From Candidatus Obscuribacterales bacterium (GTDB lineage Bacteria > Cyanobacteriota > Vampirovibrionia > Obscuribacterales > Obscuribacteraceae): a DNA stretch of 64,000 nucleotides. Under the pieces are notes generated by a model that saw only the letters and a program-made list of their open reading frames with translations, was not told the DNA's origin and ran no database searches. Positions 38,762 to 47,926 of this stretch are shown piece after piece (the first letter of the stretch is position 1; each line of letters opens with the position of its first letter). The translations under genes and the position numbers were made by a program. The stretch spans positions 2,112,001 through 2,176,000 of the forward strand of contig CBDDIJ010000003.1 of NCBI GenBank assembly GCA_965228855.1, read 5' to 3'.

Positions 38762-39057
38762 CCTGATTTACCTGTAGCAGTTGTTTGGGACTGATCGGCT
38801 CGCCGACCTCTATGCTTGGCATCGTCTTCAAACCCCGGAGACAGTCTCAGATGTCAACATCCCAACAGCTCAGGGGCGCGAAGTTGCGCTTTGACGGCGA
38901 ATCGGCGAGTGAGTTTGTTTGCTCCGCCGAGCCGTCCAGAAAGCATTCTACTAACAAGAAGGCGCAGACCTCGATTTCTACCAATTCATTTCAAAATGCC
39001 GAAGCCAGATTTAATCGATATAATGATGGCTTGTGGAATTTGCTTCGGGGAGCAATC

Positions 39058-41598
39058 GTGACAACCAACAAATCGAGCGGTGAGAGGGACGGAGAACGCT
39101 CCGGTTTAAACAATTCGCGCCGCGACTTTTTGAAACATGCCGCGATTTTGCTGGCTGGGCTGAGCACAGCGACCATCGCAGAGTCAGGTTTTCTAAAACC
39201 ATCCCATGCCAAAAACAGCTACAAGATAGGCGCATTCACGGGCGATGATTTCACCATCGGTCACAAGATTCGAGACGGAAAGCAGCCCAAGCTGCCAGCT
39301 TCAGTCACCGAGAAAGTTGACTTCGTTATCGTCGGTGGCGGGCTATCCGGTCTCGCTTCCGCTCACTATCTACAAGACGCCAATTTCATTCTATTGGAAC
39401 AATACAATGATCTCGGCGGACACGCGCGTGGTGCCAGTCACAACGGCATAGGCTACTCATACGGCGCCGCATATCTCTCTACTCTCGACGGGTCGGTCGG
39501 TGAGCTTGTCGATGATTTGGGTTTAAAACCGCTCACGCTCGACGATTCAAAAGATGCATGGTATCGCGATGGTAAATGGCTTCGGGGCACCGCCGGCAGT
39601 GACGACATCATCTTCAAGGAATTTAAACGGCTCAAAGAGGAGCACAGAAATTTTTTCGGCAAATGGGATGGTTTGTATCCAAGCCTCACTAACTTTCCAG
39701 ACTTCCTCAAACTCGATGATATTTTGATGGACGAAGTTTTGAAAGGCTACGATCCAACCTTTACAGCGCTCATCGACAATTTTTTGAAGTCTTCTCTAAA
39801 TGCAGGCTCGAAGACTGTATCTGCACTCTCAGGATTATCGACACTGGAAGATGTTTTGAACAAAACGTATTTACTTCCGGGAGGCAATCCGGCTCTGACT
39901 GCGGAACTCGTGAAACGCCTGGATCGGCCGCATGGAGAGCGGATTAAAGCTGGTGCATTCGTATGGGAAATCAAGCTCAACGATAACGGTGCAACGGTTA
40001 CATACAGTTTAGCGGATGGGTCCATGCACGTCGCCGAATGCAAGCACGTTATCATCGCAACACCACATATGGTGACAGCTAGAATTGCCAAAAATCTAAG
40101 CGATCGAGCAAAGGCGACTATGTTCCGCTTTCGTTATGGTGCGTATCTGGTGGCAAATGTTTTATGTGGGAAACGTTTATTCGATGGTACTTATGACAAT
40201 TTCCTTCCCCCGTCATTTGAAATTGCAGACATAACTCCGGCAGAGACGCCTTACATGATGAACGGCAGTTATAAGCCGGATATGGGTTCTGTTCTCACTT
40301 GCTACACGCCCTATGAGCCGGGTTCGATTGGGCGAACTGTGCTGTACCAGGGCGACAAGAAGAAAATGGCTTCTGACGTATTGACACAGCTGTATAAACT
40401 TCTGCCTTCTCTGAAAGGCAACGTTAACGAAGTGGTGTTGACCCGGTGGGGTCACGCAATGGCGGTCACAAAACCGCAATACTATAAATACGTCGGCGAA
40501 CTCCAGGCTATGGAAACCAGTTCTTTCTCATTCGCTCACTCAAGTGCACATGGGCTACCGAGTGCCGAAGCAGCTATTCAAGGAGCGAAACACGCAGCGG
40601 AGAAAGCTCGGAAACTCAAGGTCTCAGTCAAGCCTATTTATTCGATCTCAGTTTTGGCTCTGATAATAGCGGTATTGAATTTGATGGCACCTGCCTCAGC
40701 TGCTGAAACAGGCAAACCGCACCACTCGCTTCCCTCATCACCGAAACCAAATACCTTGATCTGGTCTGTCAGTAATCGGCGGCTAGCCATTCCGGTTTTC
40801 GGAGCAGAAGGTATCGCTGCCGTTGCAAACGTCGGCTCTGGAGAACAGGTTAAAGGGACTTACCTGACAATGGTTCACGGCATCGGTCCTGGTCACGATT
40901 GCGGGCTGGTGGCTGGCGATATGTTGTTGATGGTGGACAAAAAGGTGACTGAAACTCCTGAGCTTACAACTCAACTAGTCACCGAATACAGTGGCATGAG
41001 AACGACTATTCGATATGCCAGGAAGAAGGGAAATGTTCTGGAAGTCAAAGATACCGAGGCGTACTGGACAATCCCCAAAGCTGACAGTTCAACCATGCCT
41101 TCAGCCGGTTTTGACTCGACCCAAACCGTAGGAGCCGTCTCACATGCGCTGGCTGACGAGGTCTCAACTGAAGACCTCGCAGACTATATGATCGAGATCA
41201 TAAATAACGACCGAGCCATGAATGGCAATCTGCCAAAACTTTATAAGAGCGAAACACTTTCGGCAATGGCAACGAAATACGCTGAGGAGATGGTAAAGCG
41301 TAAGTTCTTCAGTCACACCGATCCGGACGGTCATGACATGACGACACGCGGCGCCGCAAATGGTATCACCGGACATCTGGCTGAGAACATTTCCGTGGTC
41401 AGAAACAAGGTCGTCGACGCGCGCGAATTAGTAAAACGCTGCCAGAAAACCATGATGAACGAACCGCCCAATGTGCCAGGCAATCACCGCGCCAATATTC
41501 TCGATAAAGAGCAGAAGAGCGTAGGCGTGGGTGTTGCAGTTCTTCCAGAAGGCGGCGTCATCACCGTTCAAGAATTCTCTCACGATGAGTTGCCATAG
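39058..41598 (+). CDS. Tat-exported FAD-dependent oxidoreductase fused to an internal hydrophobic segment, PDZ-like and CAP/SCP domains
   Basis: GTG 39058 follows GGGGAG. Tat 'SRRDFLK'. Rossmann 'IVGGGLSG...E....GG'. 'RWGHAM'. PDZ 'GP...CGLVAGD.LL.VD'. CAP 'IN.DR...FFSH...AENI...HRANIL...VGVG...QEF'. Confidence 0.8.
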   Translation: MTTNKSSGERDGERSGLNNSRRDFLKHAAILLAGLSTATIAESGFLKPSHAKNSYKIGAFTGDDFTIGHKIRDGKQPKLPASVTEKVDFVIVGGGLSGLASAHYLQDANFILLEQYNDLGGHARGASHNGIGYSYGAAYLSTLDGSVGELVDDLGLKPLTLDDSKDAWYRDGKWLRGTAGSDDIIFKEFKRLKEEHRNFFGKWDGLYPSLTNFPDFLKLDDILMDEVLKGYDPTFTALIDNFLKSSLNAGSKTVSALSGLSTLEDVLNKTYLLPGGNPALTAELVKRLDRPHGERIKAGAFVWEIKLNDNGATVTYSLADGSMHVAECKHVIIATPHMVTARIAKNLSDRAKATMFRFRYGAYLVANVLCGKRLFDGTYDNFLPPSFEIADITPAETPYMMNGSYKPDMGSVLTCYTPYEPGSIGRTVLYQGDKKKMASDVLTQLYKLLPSLKGNVNEVVLTRWGHAMAVTKPQYYKYVGELQAMETSSFSFAHSSAHGLPSAEAAIQGAKHAAEKARKLKVSVKPIYSISVLALIIAVLNLMAPASAAETGKPHHSLPSSPKPNTLIWSVSNRRLAIPVFGAEGIAAVANVGSGEQVKGTYLTMVHGIGPGHDCGLVAGDMLLMVDKKVTETPELTTQLVTEYSGMRTTIRYARKKGNVLEVKDTEAYWTIPKADSSTMPSAGFDSTQTVGAVSHALADEVSTEDLADYMIEIINNDRAMNGNLPKLYKSETLSAMATKYAEEMVKRKFFSHTDPDGHDMTTRGAANGITGHLAENISVVRNKVVDARELVKRCQKTMMNEPPNVPGNHRANILDKEQKSVGVGVAVLPEGGVITVQEFSHDELP

Positions 41599-41610
41599 CC
41601 CAGGAGTTCC

Positions 41611-42252
41611 ATGCCACGAGTATTTATCATAGCCAACGGTCAAGCGGACTTTCCATTTTCTTTTCCCAGTCTTATTTCCAGTAATGACATTGTTATTTGT
41701 GCCGACGGCGGTAGCAATCACGCTGCCGAGTTGGGGGTGAAACCCGCTATCGTCATAGGCGATATGGACTCTGTCGCGCCAGACTTGCTCTTGCAGTATC
41801 AGCAGGGAGGTGTGGACATACGCAGGTTCCCGAAGGATAAAGACGCAAGCGATCTGGAGTTATGCCTGGAAGCTGCGGTCGGTTTCAACCCGACGGAGAT
41901 TACATGTATCTGCGTGCTCGGCAACCGCGAGGACCACGCGCTGACCAACACATTTCTCCTGGCTCGCTACGCCAGTCGAAATAACAAGGTGACGATGCTG
42001 GGCTCGAATTGGCAGGCACAATTTATCACGAAACAACACCCTAGAGAATTCACCGGAACCCCCGGCGACATAGTGTCACTCATGCCCATGACCGCCACCG
42101 TCACTGGTGTCACCATCGAAGGCGTAAAGTGGCCGCTAAATAACGCCGAGCTGGCATGGGGAAGTTCGCACACCGTCAGCAACGAATTCGCCCAAACCCA
42201 CGTCTCCATCAAAATCACCACCGGCCTCATCCTCGCCATGCATTATCAGTAA
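41611..42252 (+). CDS. thiN: Thiamine pyrophosphokinase
   Basis: 'CADGGSNH', 'GDMDSV', 'KDASDLE', 'GNREDH.L.N', 'GVKWPL', 'VSNE'. Confidence 0.93.
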   Translation: MPRVFIIANGQADFPFSFPSLISSNDIVICADGGSNHAAELGVKPAIVIGDMDSVAPDLLLQYQQGGVDIRRFPKDKDASDLELCLEAAVGFNPTEITCICVLGNREDHALTNTFLLARYASRNNKVTMLGSNWQAQFITKQHPREFTGTPGDIVSLMPMTATVTGVTIEGVKWPLNNAELAWGSSHTVSNEFAQTHVSIKITTGLILAMHYQ

Positions 42253-42256
42253 AATT

Positions 42257-42591
42257 CTCACTACTATATACCTTCGTACTGAAGAGAGTCCAAGAGTCGT
42301 TGTGCCGTCTCAGTTTCGAGCACTCCTCCTTAATTCCCATCTGCCCAATATCCCCCTTTGTCTACGTGAGAGCGCCGATTTTGAGCAATTGCGTCATAGC
42401 CAGATAGACACGCGAGGGTCCAGAAACCTCACTACTATATGGTCTCGTCACACCAAGCGTCTCAAAACTCTTATGCATCCAGGATTTCGAGCCTTTCCTC
42501 CCGATTCCCATCTGCCCAATATCCTCGTCTGTCTACGTGAGAGCGCCGATTTTGAGCAATTGCGTCATAGCCAGATAGACACGCGAGGGTC
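42257..42591. repeat. Two tandem copies of a 171-bp non-coding unit
   Basis: Identical blocks offset by exactly 171 bp: 13 bp (42257/42428), 21 bp (42333/42504), 62 bp (42359-42420/42530-42591). Confidence 0.9.
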
Positions 42592-42676
42592 AGCCTGGCA
42601 GTATGAATTCCAGCGTTGCTTTCCTCATAAGGTTTTCGAGACGCCCGGAGGAACGAAATTCTATAGTAGGAAGTTT
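42424..42676. mobile_element. MITE-like element with ~52-bp imperfect terminal inverted repeats
   Basis: 42424-42475 vs the reverse complement of 42626-42676: 38/52 identities by hand alignment (AAAC.TC..CTACTATA...GCGTCTC.AAA..CTTATG). No transposase, no clear TSD. Confidence 0.45.
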
Positions 42677-42685
42677 GTAAATCCT

Positions 42686-45600
42686 TCAGTGGAAGTTTCG
42701 CGCTTCCATGTCCGGCTGCCCCTTGATGCGCGGCAACGGCTCACAGTGTGAAGCAATAATATTGGCGACACCAAACTCAAGTTGCAGTCGCCCCTCCACA
42801 CAAAGGAAAGACGGTCCTCGCAAAACGCGCCTGTATTGCTCGAAAACTTGCGGTCGAATAATAACATTTGCAAGACCGGTTTCGTCTTCCAGCGTCAAAA
42901 AAACAAATCCCTTTGCCGTCTCCGGTCGCTGCCTGCAAATAACAGCACCAGCAACTTTGATGATACTGCCATCCTCAGCTTTGGTGATACCAAGACAGGA
43001 ATGAATTTTGTTCTCGTCAGCCCATCTTCGATAGAACTCCATAGGATGAGCCGACGTAGACAAACCCGTCATTCGATAATCGTCACCAATCATCTCCAGC
43101 TTGCTGAGCCGTGGAAGCGTGATTTCTTTGCGTTCGAAGGCCTCTCGTTTTTCCTCCGGCAAATTCTCCATCAACGCGTCCAACAGTGGCGTCGGTCGCG
43201 CCCGACCGAGCCGCCCGAGTATCTCCCAGAGCGCTTCACGGCGTCCTGGATAAAGCGTTTCGAACGCACCTGCCTTAGCAAGAATTTTCAAATCCGCAGG
43301 TGCCAGACCACTCCGCTCAACTACATCTTCAAGCGACGTAAAATTGCCGCCTCTATTCCAGGACTTTTCCAAAATTTCCTTCGACTTCCTTCCCAATCCG
43401 TCGATAAAACGCAAACCTATGCGCAATGCCGGTTTCGTCATACTCCGGGCACGCTTACCTTTAACTATATTTGATACCGCCTGTGGTTCACCGGAAGGCA
43501 CCACATCGATTACATCATCTTCGACTTCGAGAGTGCAGTTCCAACTACTCTTAGCAAGATCGATCGGACGGACCTCTACACCATGCCGCAAAGCATCACG
43601 AATCAAAGTTCCCGGACTGTAAAACCCCATCGGCTGCGCGTTTAAAATTGCACAATAGAACTCCGGAGCATAATACAATTTCAGATGCGCCGAAGCATAA
43701 ACCAAAAGCGAAAACGACGCCGCGTGACTTTCTGGAAAGCCATAATTCGCAAACGCCTTCAACTGGTGAATTATGGTGGCAATCGCTTCCTCTGAAAAAT
43801 TATTCTTGCGCATGCCGGCACCAAGATCATCACACAAAGCCAACATTCGCTCCATAGAGCGTTTATGACTCATCACTCGCCGCAACTGGTCAGCCTGAGA
43901 AGGAGAAAATCCGGCTGCCACCACAGCTAGTTTCATTCCCTGTTCTTGAAAAAGTGGAACTCCAAGTGTTCGCGACAAAATCGGCTCCAATGAGGGATGC
44001 AAATACACGACTGGCTCCTCACCACGCCGCCTGCGTAGATACGGATGAATAATGTTTCCTTGAATCGGACCGGGTCGCACGATCGCAATTGAAACCACAA
44101 TGTCGTAAAAACATTTCGGCTTCAATCTCGGCAAGATATTCATTTGAGCACGCGACTCAACTTGAAATAAACCAATCGTGTCGGCATTCTGCAACATTTG
44201 ATAAACAGCCGGATCGTGCATATCAAGCGCACCAAGATCAATGTTGACGCCGCGAAACTGCTCGACGAGTTTCAACCCCTCCTGAATCATCATCAACATG
44301 CCGAGCCCAAGCAAATCAATTTTGATCATTCCAACAAGATCGATGTCATCTTTGTCCCATTGAATAACCGTACGCGCATGCATTGAAGCAGGCTCAATCG
44401 GAACTAGCTCACCAAGCGGTCTTCCGGAGAGCACAAAACCACCGACGTGAATCGAACGGTGACGCGGCAATTGATGCAACCCAGAAACAATCTTTAGCAA
44501 TAAACCAACTCGCCTGTCATTACGATCCAAACCGATGCGTTGCAATCCACCGTCGAGTAAACGTTGAACCGCACCAAGAGCTTCAGTATGCTCCCCCTCG
44601 GATGACAGTCGATCTGCCTGTTCTTGCGAAAAACCTAATACGCGAGCCGCGTCGCGCACCGCGGATTTACCGCGATAAGTAATAATCTCGCAAACCATCG
44701 CAGCATGCTCGCGACCATACTTTTCATAGACGTATTGCAAAACTGTCTCGCGCTCTTGATGCGCGATATCAAGGTCTATATCAGGAGGTTCATTGCGTCC
44801 CTCCGAAAGAAACCGCTCGAATAAAAGCTCCATGCCTATCGGATCAACCGCTGTAATCATCAAGCAATAGCAAACAGCAGAGTTTGCTGCCGACCCTCGG
44901 CCTTGCACCGCGATACCACGAGAGCGTGCGAAACGCACAATGTCCCACATTATAAGGAAGTATGGTCCCAGGTCTAGACCAGTAATCATGCTCAATTCAT
45001 GATCTATTTGTTTGATGTGTTTATCCGTCAAATCCGGATAACGAATGCGCGCCCCCTCCCAGACAAGTTTTTCTAGCAGCGCATTGTGATTGAGCGAATC
45101 GGGTTTCGCCTCGCTGGAACCAAGCCCCACAAGCTCCGGCGGCAATTGAAACACAGGCAATGGTGTGCGAAGAGAACCGAGTCTGAATTTGCAACGCTCC
45201 GCCACAATCAGTGAATTTCGAACTCCCGTCAAATTATGTCGCCACAAATGAGCCATCTCATCCGGCGACTTCATATACCAGCTTGCGTTCGGTCGCAAAC
45301 GTCGCCCTGCCTCGGCGAGCGTCACCTCATGCCGAAGACAGGTCAACACATCATGCACAATTCGTTTTTCCGGACGCGAATAATGCACGTTATTAGTCGC
45401 AACCCAGGGAATCTCACACTCATCGGCCAGCTCAAGAAGCTGTTTTGCAAGTATTTGCTCTTGCGTGATGTAGTGATCCCACATCTCTATGTAGAAACGA
45501 TCTCCAAAAACTTCCTTAAACTCGCGCGCACAAGCACGCGCACTTTCAACATCGCCTTTGGTAAGAGCTGACGGAATCCGTCCATGCGGACAACCTGACA

Positions 45601-45967
45601 GGACCACAAGTCCATCGCTACTTGCATACAAATCAGCACTCTGAACTCGCGGAGATCCACGCACGCAAGCAGAACGCGCCTTCGTAATTAAGCGACAAAT
45701 GTTTTTGTAGCCAGTCTCATCCGCAGCCAGCAAGATTACATGCGAGTGATCATCCAGCGTGAGTTCCGCGCCAATTATGGCATTCAACTCTAGCTCTCTC
45801 GCCGCAGTAGCGAAACGAACGATTCCTCCCATATCGTCGTGATCGGTCAATGCCAGCGCTGCGAGGCCAATCTCCTTAGCCCTAACGGCGAGTTCCTCAG
45901 GATTGCTCGCGCCATCTAAAAGAGAAAAAGCAGAATGACAATGCAGCTCAGCGTATTCGTATCGCAA
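42686..45967 (-). CDS. dnaE2: Error-prone DNA polymerase DnaE2 (ImuC)
   Basis: PHP 'YAELHCHS.FSLLDGA'. 'GRGSAANSAVCY', 'PPDIDLD', 'KIDLLGLG', 'YGFPESHAASF'. OB 'RQRP.TAKG..F.TLEDETG'. C-terminal 'ARNFH' (SRDFH-type ImuC signature). Confidence 0.96.
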   Translation of the reverse strand: MRYEYAELHCHSAFSLLDGASNPEELAVRAKEIGLAALALTDHDDMGGIVRFATAARELELNAIIGAELTLDDHSHVILLAADETGYKNICRLITKARSACVRGSPRVQSADLYASSDGLVVLSGCPHGRIPSALTKGDVESARACAREFKEVFGDRFYIEMWDHYITQEQILAKQLLELADECEIPWVATNNVHYSRPEKRIVHDVLTCLRHEVTLAEAGRRLRPNASWYMKSPDEMAHLWRHNLTGVRNSLIVAERCKFRLGSLRTPLPVFQLPPELVGLGSSEAKPDSLNHNALLEKLVWEGARIRYPDLTDKHIKQIDHELSMITGLDLGPYFLIMWDIVRFARSRGIAVQGRGSAANSAVCYCLMITAVDPIGMELLFERFLSEGRNEPPDIDLDIAHQERETVLQYVYEKYGREHAAMVCEIITYRGKSAVRDAARVLGFSQEQADRLSSEGEHTEALGAVQRLLDGGLQRIGLDRNDRRVGLLLKIVSGLHQLPRHRSIHVGGFVLSGRPLGELVPIEPASMHARTVIQWDKDDIDLVGMIKIDLLGLGMLMMIQEGLKLVEQFRGVNIDLGALDMHDPAVYQMLQNADTIGLFQVESRAQMNILPRLKPKCFYDIVVSIAIVRPGPIQGNIIHPYLRRRRGEEPVVYLHPSLEPILSRTLGVPLFQEQGMKLAVVAAGFSPSQADQLRRVMSHKRSMERMLALCDDLGAGMRKNNFSEEAIATIIHQLKAFANYGFPESHAASFSLLVYASAHLKLYYAPEFYCAILNAQPMGFYSPGTLIRDALRHGVEVRPIDLAKSSWNCTLEVEDDVIDVVPSGEPQAVSNIVKGKRARSMTKPALRIGLRFIDGLGRKSKEILEKSWNRGGNFTSLEDVVERSGLAPADLKILAKAGAFETLYPGRREALWEILGRLGRARPTPLLDALMENLPEEKREAFERKEITLPRLSKLEMIGDDYRMTGLSTSAHPMEFYRRWADENKIHSCLGITKAEDGSIIKVAGAVICRQRPETAKGFVFLTLEDETGLANVIIRPQVFEQYRRVLRGPSFLCVEGRLQLEFGVANIIASHCEPLPRIKGQPDMEARNFH

Positions 45968-46128
45968 GACGCAAAAGGTTCAAAAGGTTTATCAGGTGGA
46001 TTTGAAAAAAAATACGCACTCTCCCCCACGCACACTCGCACGAGTGAACGGGGGAAGTAGTACTTCCTCGCCGCCCCTTTTCCTCAGGCTCAGCATCAGA
46101 ATCGGCGCGACTTGAAGATAGTATTCAA

Positions 46129-46157
46129 ACATTACCATACAAATGTATGCACGTCAA
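46129..46157 (-). promoter_or_regulatory. dnaE2 promoter with candidate SOS box CATAC-N4-GTATG
   Basis: Minus strand: TTGACG (46157-46152), 17 bp, TAATGT (46134-46129). Palindrome CATACaaatGTATG at 46136-46149. Confidence 0.75.
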
Positions 46158-46396
46158 TAATCACCAAATGCCCTGGATCACATTAAAGTCACGCAGCCAC
46201 ATTTATATGGAAGGCGATGGAGAGGCAAATTACTGAATTTCGTAATTTCCCCACTTGTCATAGGGTTGTTCCTGACGTAAAAATAAGGCACTTGCTCGCA
46301 ATATCAAAACCTCGACCCCCATGCAAAAGGCACCCTAGCCAAGTTGCACAAAAGCGCGCGCGTTCCCATCACGCCGTCGTCGTAGGAGTTACTATA

Positions 46397-47926
46397 ATGA
46401 CCGAAAAATTAGACGCCCAACGGGTTGCAGACGATGCCGCTACGGCATTGCAAACCACCGATGATGCCACTTCAAGGACGATGCTCCAGCACGTAAATGA
46501 AGACCTGCGCGCACTCTCGGAACCCGAAAGAAATTACGTCGCAAACGACCTGGCGCTGAAAGGTTTACTGCCGGATCTGGCTATTGAAACTGGTCTCGTA
46601 AGCGAAGACAAATTTGCAACCAAAGAAGACCTGGCACGAGTTGCAGCCGATGAAGGCAACTCGACAGTCAACGGCATGGCAGCAAAATTTCTGACCGACA
46701 ACTTCTCGGCCCTCGGCGGCGGTCCCCGCACCGACACGAATGCAGACTACGTCAAAGGCTTCGATATGCGCTACGATCTTGCGCTCGAAACCGCGAACGT
46801 AAAACGTGAATTTGGCGGATTGCTGGATCTGTACAAAAAGCAAAATCCGAACGACGCTGACATCCAGGCAAGAGACGGTCTGCAAGCAAATGATATTGAT
46901 GCACTTTTGAGTAAACCGGAGGCGCTCTCGCCAGCACAATCCGATGCGCTCAAAACAATGAAAAACAACTTCGACTATATGAAGACTCCCCGCGGTGTCT
47001 GGACACTGACCGACTGGACGACTCCAAGGGTCAACGAAGAAAGCATCGGTGATTTCGTTAATACGGCAGTGCCTCTAGGCATGGCTGAACAACTCAAAAT
47101 TGCCGAAGCCGAGAAATCAAAACAAGCAGGTTTAGAAGAAGGCGCTCGTCAAGCCCAACAAGAAAGACAAACGCCACCTGAAAGCAAGCCAGCAGAGGAA
47201 ACGCCTGCGACTCCTGACGCACCTCCTGCGACTCCTGACGCACCTCCTGCGACTCCTGACGCACCGCCTACGACTCCGGATGCACCTCCTGCGACTCCGG
47301 ATGCACCTCCTGCGACTCCGGACGCACCACCTGCGACTCCTGACGCACCACCTGCGACTCCAGACGCACCACCTGCGACTCCAGACGCACCACCTGCGAC
47401 TCCTGACGCACCTCCTGCAACTCCTGACGCACCTCCTGCGACTCCTGACGCACCACCTGCGACTCCGGACGCACCTCCCGCGTCACCGGACGCATCGCCC
47501 GTCTCACCAGACGCACCACCTGCAACACCAGATCAACCCGCACCGCCCGCAACACCAGACGCACCTCCGGCTCTACCGGAAGCACCCACGCCTGATGCGC
47601 CCCCCGCATCGCCGGAGGCACCGGGAGATCAAACCACACCACCGGAAAATATGGAACGAGATAAAGTTACCGACAAAGAATACACAGTCGTCGCTGGAGA
47701 CAACCTGTGGAAGATCGCCCGCGCGCACCTGACCGAATTGGAAGGCAAACGCCCCAATAATGCTGACGTCCTCAAACTCGTCAACGAAATCGTTGCGCGC
47801 AACAACATCAAAAATCCGAACTTGATCTATCCGGATCAAAAGTTCATCATCCCTGGTCCGGCGGCGGCTAATCCCGAAGCGTCACCAACACCGGTTCCAG
47901 CCCCCTCGGCACCGCCGGAGTCGTAA
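46397..47926 (+). CDS. Protein with unknown N-terminal domain, Pro/Ala/Asp/Thr repeat stalk and C-terminal LysM
   Basis: ATG 46397 follows AGGAG. LysM 'YTVVAGDNLWKIAR...IV.RNNIKNPNLIYPDQKFIIP'. Confidence 0.85.
   Translation: MTEKLDAQRVADDAATALQTTDDATSRTMLQHVNEDLRALSEPERNYVANDLALKGLLPDLAIETGLVSEDKFATKEDLARVAADEGNSTVNGMAAKFLTDNFSALGGGPRTDTNADYVKGFDMRYDLALETANVKREFGGLLDLYKKQNPNDADIQARDGLQANDIDALLSKPEALSPAQSDALKTMKNNFDYMKTPRGVWTLTDWTTPRVNEESIGDFVNTAVPLGMAEQLKIAEAEKSKQAGLEEGARQAQQERQTPPESKPAEETPATPDAPPATPDAPPATPDAPPTTPDAPPATPDAPPATPDAPPATPDAPPATPDAPPATPDAPPATPDAPPATPDAPPATPDAPPATPDAPPASPDASPVSPDAPPATPDQPAPPATPDAPPALPEAPTPDAPPASPEAPGDQTTPPENMERDKVTDKEYTVVAGDNLWKIARAHLTELEGKRPNNADVLKLVNEIVARNNIKNPNLIYPDQKFIIPGPAAANPEASPTPVPAPSAPPES
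47204..47539 (+). repeat. 16 x 21-bp coding tandem repeat (PATPDAP)
   Basis: 13 near-perfect units, then 3 degenerate units. Confidence 0.95.

Noticed and set aside
38785..39057. N-terminal 91-codon extension of the oxidoreductase ORF
   Set aside because: The SD and Tat motif position favour GTG 39058. The extension occupies the divergent promoter region.
42359..42591. Tandem glycine riboswitch or TPP riboswitch (GAGAGCGCCGA...GAGCAA, next to thiN)
   Set aside because: Lacks the CUCUCAGG/GAAG glycine core and the CUGAGA...ACCUGA TPP core. It lies downstream of two convergent genes, not in a leader.
42257..42591. CRISPR array
   Set aside because: Only two units, a 62-bp repeat, inter-repeat sequences homologous to each other, and no cas genes.
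42302..42751. 149-aa ORF across the repeat
   Set aside because: Stays open because the 171-bp period is a multiple of 3. TTG start without SD, overlaps the dnaE2 3' end, and the identical core shows no synonymous variation.
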